A stretch of 64,000 nt of DNA from the human T2T-CHM13v2.0 reference genome, Homo sapiens: NCBI RefSeq assembly GCF_009914755.1, contig NC_060928.1. One strand, 5' to 3'. The position numbers were made by a program, and so were the translations under genes. How positions within the stretch are numbered: position 1 is the stretch's first letter; each line of letters starts with the position of its first letter. Shown here in pieces: positions 61,618 through 64,000 of this stretch. Below the pieces are notes generated by a model. It did no database searches, had not been told where the DNA came from, and saw only the letters and a program-made list of their open reading frames with translations.

Positions 61618-61748
61618 CCAAGCCTAGATATTTGCAATAAATCCTTAGTATTTTAAAAAAGCTTTTCACATAGCTTTCTTTCCAAGCCTAGATATTTGCA
61701 GTAAATCCTTAGTATTTTAAAAAAGCTTTTCACATAGCTTTCTTTCCA
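61618..61748. repeat. 64-bp tandem duplication (1 mismatch) in a PDLIM3 intron
   Basis: ccaagcctagatatttgca(a/g)taaatccttagtattttaaaaaagcttttcacatagctttcttt x2. Confidence 0.95.
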
Positions 61749-61835
61749 TTAAGACAATGTTAAAAGACACCAGTAAAGCTGACATTGCCCACGTGTTTAG
61801 TTAATATGCCCATGGTTCAAAGAGACTCATATTAC

Positions 61836-62099
61836 CTCATCAAAGGTGTTTCCCCTAGGGCTGTTGAAACCTGACCCTGGAGTGTTTCCATAATATTGTC
61901 ATCTGAGTACAACTGCATAGGTGTATTAAACTGAGCATGTACAATCTTCACACCAGGAAGTTCCATTTCCAAAGGAATGTTAGGGGCCAGCTTAGCCGCA
62001 ACTTTCAAGTCACCTGGGCAAATGGTACTAACAGTACTGACAGAAGAAGGGGTGCTGCGTCCACTGCCACAGTCAATCCCGGAGGGAGTGCTGCATCCA
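61836..62099 (-). CDS. PDLIM3: PDLIM3 alternative (skeletal-muscle type) exon, 264 nt, with ZASP-like ZM motif VHAQFNTPMQLYSDDNIMETLQGQ
   Basis: ccattaacacag|T ... GAG|gtaata; phase 2-2 and a multiple of 3, so it can be skipped in frame. Confidence 0.93.
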
Positions 62100-64000
62100 C
62101 TGTGTTAATGGATACACGTTACACAGAGATGGCACCGGGAGCCAGACAGTCCAGACAGAAGAACACAGAGAACACGTACAGAGAGGTTAAAAGGAATTGA
62201 AGACAAAAGTGAGAGGTGAATTACATCAAAATAAAACCAAATCTTGATTTGTCACTAGAATTTATTTATAAAGGGAAGACGGTGAAAAATTCATGATTGA
62301 AAAAAGTTTAATAAAATTAAAAGGTACAGGTGATACTGCATTTTTTGGCTCTGTTTCACTAGGCAATGTGTAAGTTGAGGGTTACATGTAGAAAAGTTGT
62401 ATATGAAGTAGAAAAGATGCAGCTATCCTCACTTTTTAAAAATAGGCCAAAGACTTTAAAACTGGTCAATATCACAAGTGATGAAGGAAAATTACATTGG
62501 CTGGACATCCTTTTACATTTCTGAAGTGCAACATTTAAAATTAAAGTTTTAGTGAACACTGAATATGCAGCATGAAGATGCAATCACATATTTGGGCTCA
62601 ACATTTCAAAATCAGAAGTATATTTCAGTAATACGGTTGAACTTTAATTGAATAGTAATTGGTAACTTGTAGGTTTTATGGTACAGATTATGTTTTAAGG
62701 CTATCTTGTAAATATTTTGTTACTATTTTAACATTTTCTATTTTTACTCTTTAGTTCTGTGAGGAGTATACTTTAAGACAATTGTTCAGTGGTTTAATAC
62801 AAGCCCTAGAAAAAACCAATAAATGCTTATCACCTTGAAATTAATGATTAGAGGAGAAATAAGGTGGTGTTTCACTCTTTCGATGCTTATATTTCTTACA
62901 TAGCTATTTTATGCACAATTTCAGAAGCACGCATCTATTCCCAGGCATATTTCCCTTTTCCTTTTAAAGATACATTTCAGGGACTTATTAAAACATCAAA
63001 GGCCAGTCATGCACATCGAAGAACTAGGGAGATTGTACATTCTATTTGGAAACTGGATAGGGGTCAGTTAACAACTGACATGCTAGTGACTAAAAAGTCC
63101 ATTTTTCCACATGCATGAGAGATACCAAGAGATTTTTGTAAAAAAAGCATAGTCATTTAAGACAAAGCAAAAAGAAATATTAGTATTAATGTAAATATTT
63201 ATCATACTTTCCAGTTAGTGTTGCTGTAAGCTCAAGACAGAGAATGGATGTATATGGTGTGTTTACCGCTAAGTCAAGATTGTCTCTGGTCTCAAGTATG
63301 GCCCCATATCTGCATTTACTCTCTAGAGGTATTAATGCTAACTTCAGCCCATATAAAGATAAGAAACCAAAAGGTATTGAGCAGTAACTTTCTCTACTCC
63401 AGCAATGTTGCAGCCGGATTAGTCTGGAGAACTCATGTCACTAAATGGGTTTAAATTTTTTTTTTTGGTCTTGTGCTATCCAGTTTAACTACCTACATAA
63501 CCTAAACCAGACAGGTGAATACCAGCTTGCTCCTTCACTTCCTGCCTTTTGAGAACCTATTGAAAACCCAATCTGTACATTGTTTAGATCACATACCAAA
63601 ATATCAAGTGGCCTATTCACCATTTTTGTACGATCTATAGTGACTCTTGAAATGGACTTCAGCTGGTAAAAGAATATGAGTACATTTTCAGTTGTAGTGC
63701 AGTTTAGTCAGGATCATGTGGATTTAACCTGAGTGTAATGAAGCTTATGAAATCAGTTTAGGGATTTGAAACACAGAGTTAAATCCTGGGAGACTTCGGC
63801 CTCCCAGTAATGAACCTACTCAACAAGCATTTATAACTACTCTCACCCTACTGTGTGCCAGACATAGTGCCCGTACTGGGTAGATAAACAATGATCAATT
63901 TAGAACTTTTACTTATGCCATGTTTTATAGCGGTTATTAGTAATATTTTTCTGCTATAAAAGCCATGTATAACTTTTGACTCCTCCAAAACTTAACTACC

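Overview
Primate genomic DNA, almost certainly human 4q35.1. It is Alu/L1-rich and has no prokaryotic features, CRISPR arrays, tRNAs or rRNAs. Three spliced genes can be rebuilt from GT-AG boundaries. (1) The last coding exon of a plus-strand gene, probably CFAP96/C4orf47 (2874-2922). (2) Coding exons 1-6 of CCDC110 on the minus strand: ATG at 25236, 820 codons plus 1 nt in the window, a 2113-nt coiled-coil exon, and a final exon that should lie left of the window, so its last intron overlaps the plus-strand gene. (3) The last four coding exons and 3' UTR of the muscle PDZ-LIM gene PDLIM3 (minus strand, stop at 55826). The CCDC110 CpG island contains a G-rich 250-bp tandem duplication, an RFX X-box that is also a plus-strand 5' splice site, a likely two-exon antisense lncRNA, and an overlapping uORF. 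The ~28 kb between CCDC110 and PDLIM3 is mostly repeats: a MER50-like solo LTR, an old ~8 kb L1 invaded by seven co-oriented Alus, an internally deleted Hsmar1 and MER1A. I see no evidence of a wholly new biological system. The best leads are a possible alternative CCDC110 terminal exon exactly antisense to the plus-strand gene's last coding exon, the multi-use promoter elements, RNA-binding motif clusters in PDLIM3, and many small tandem duplications. Gene and repeat names come from my recognition of the sequences, not from a database search; repeat boundaries are approximate.
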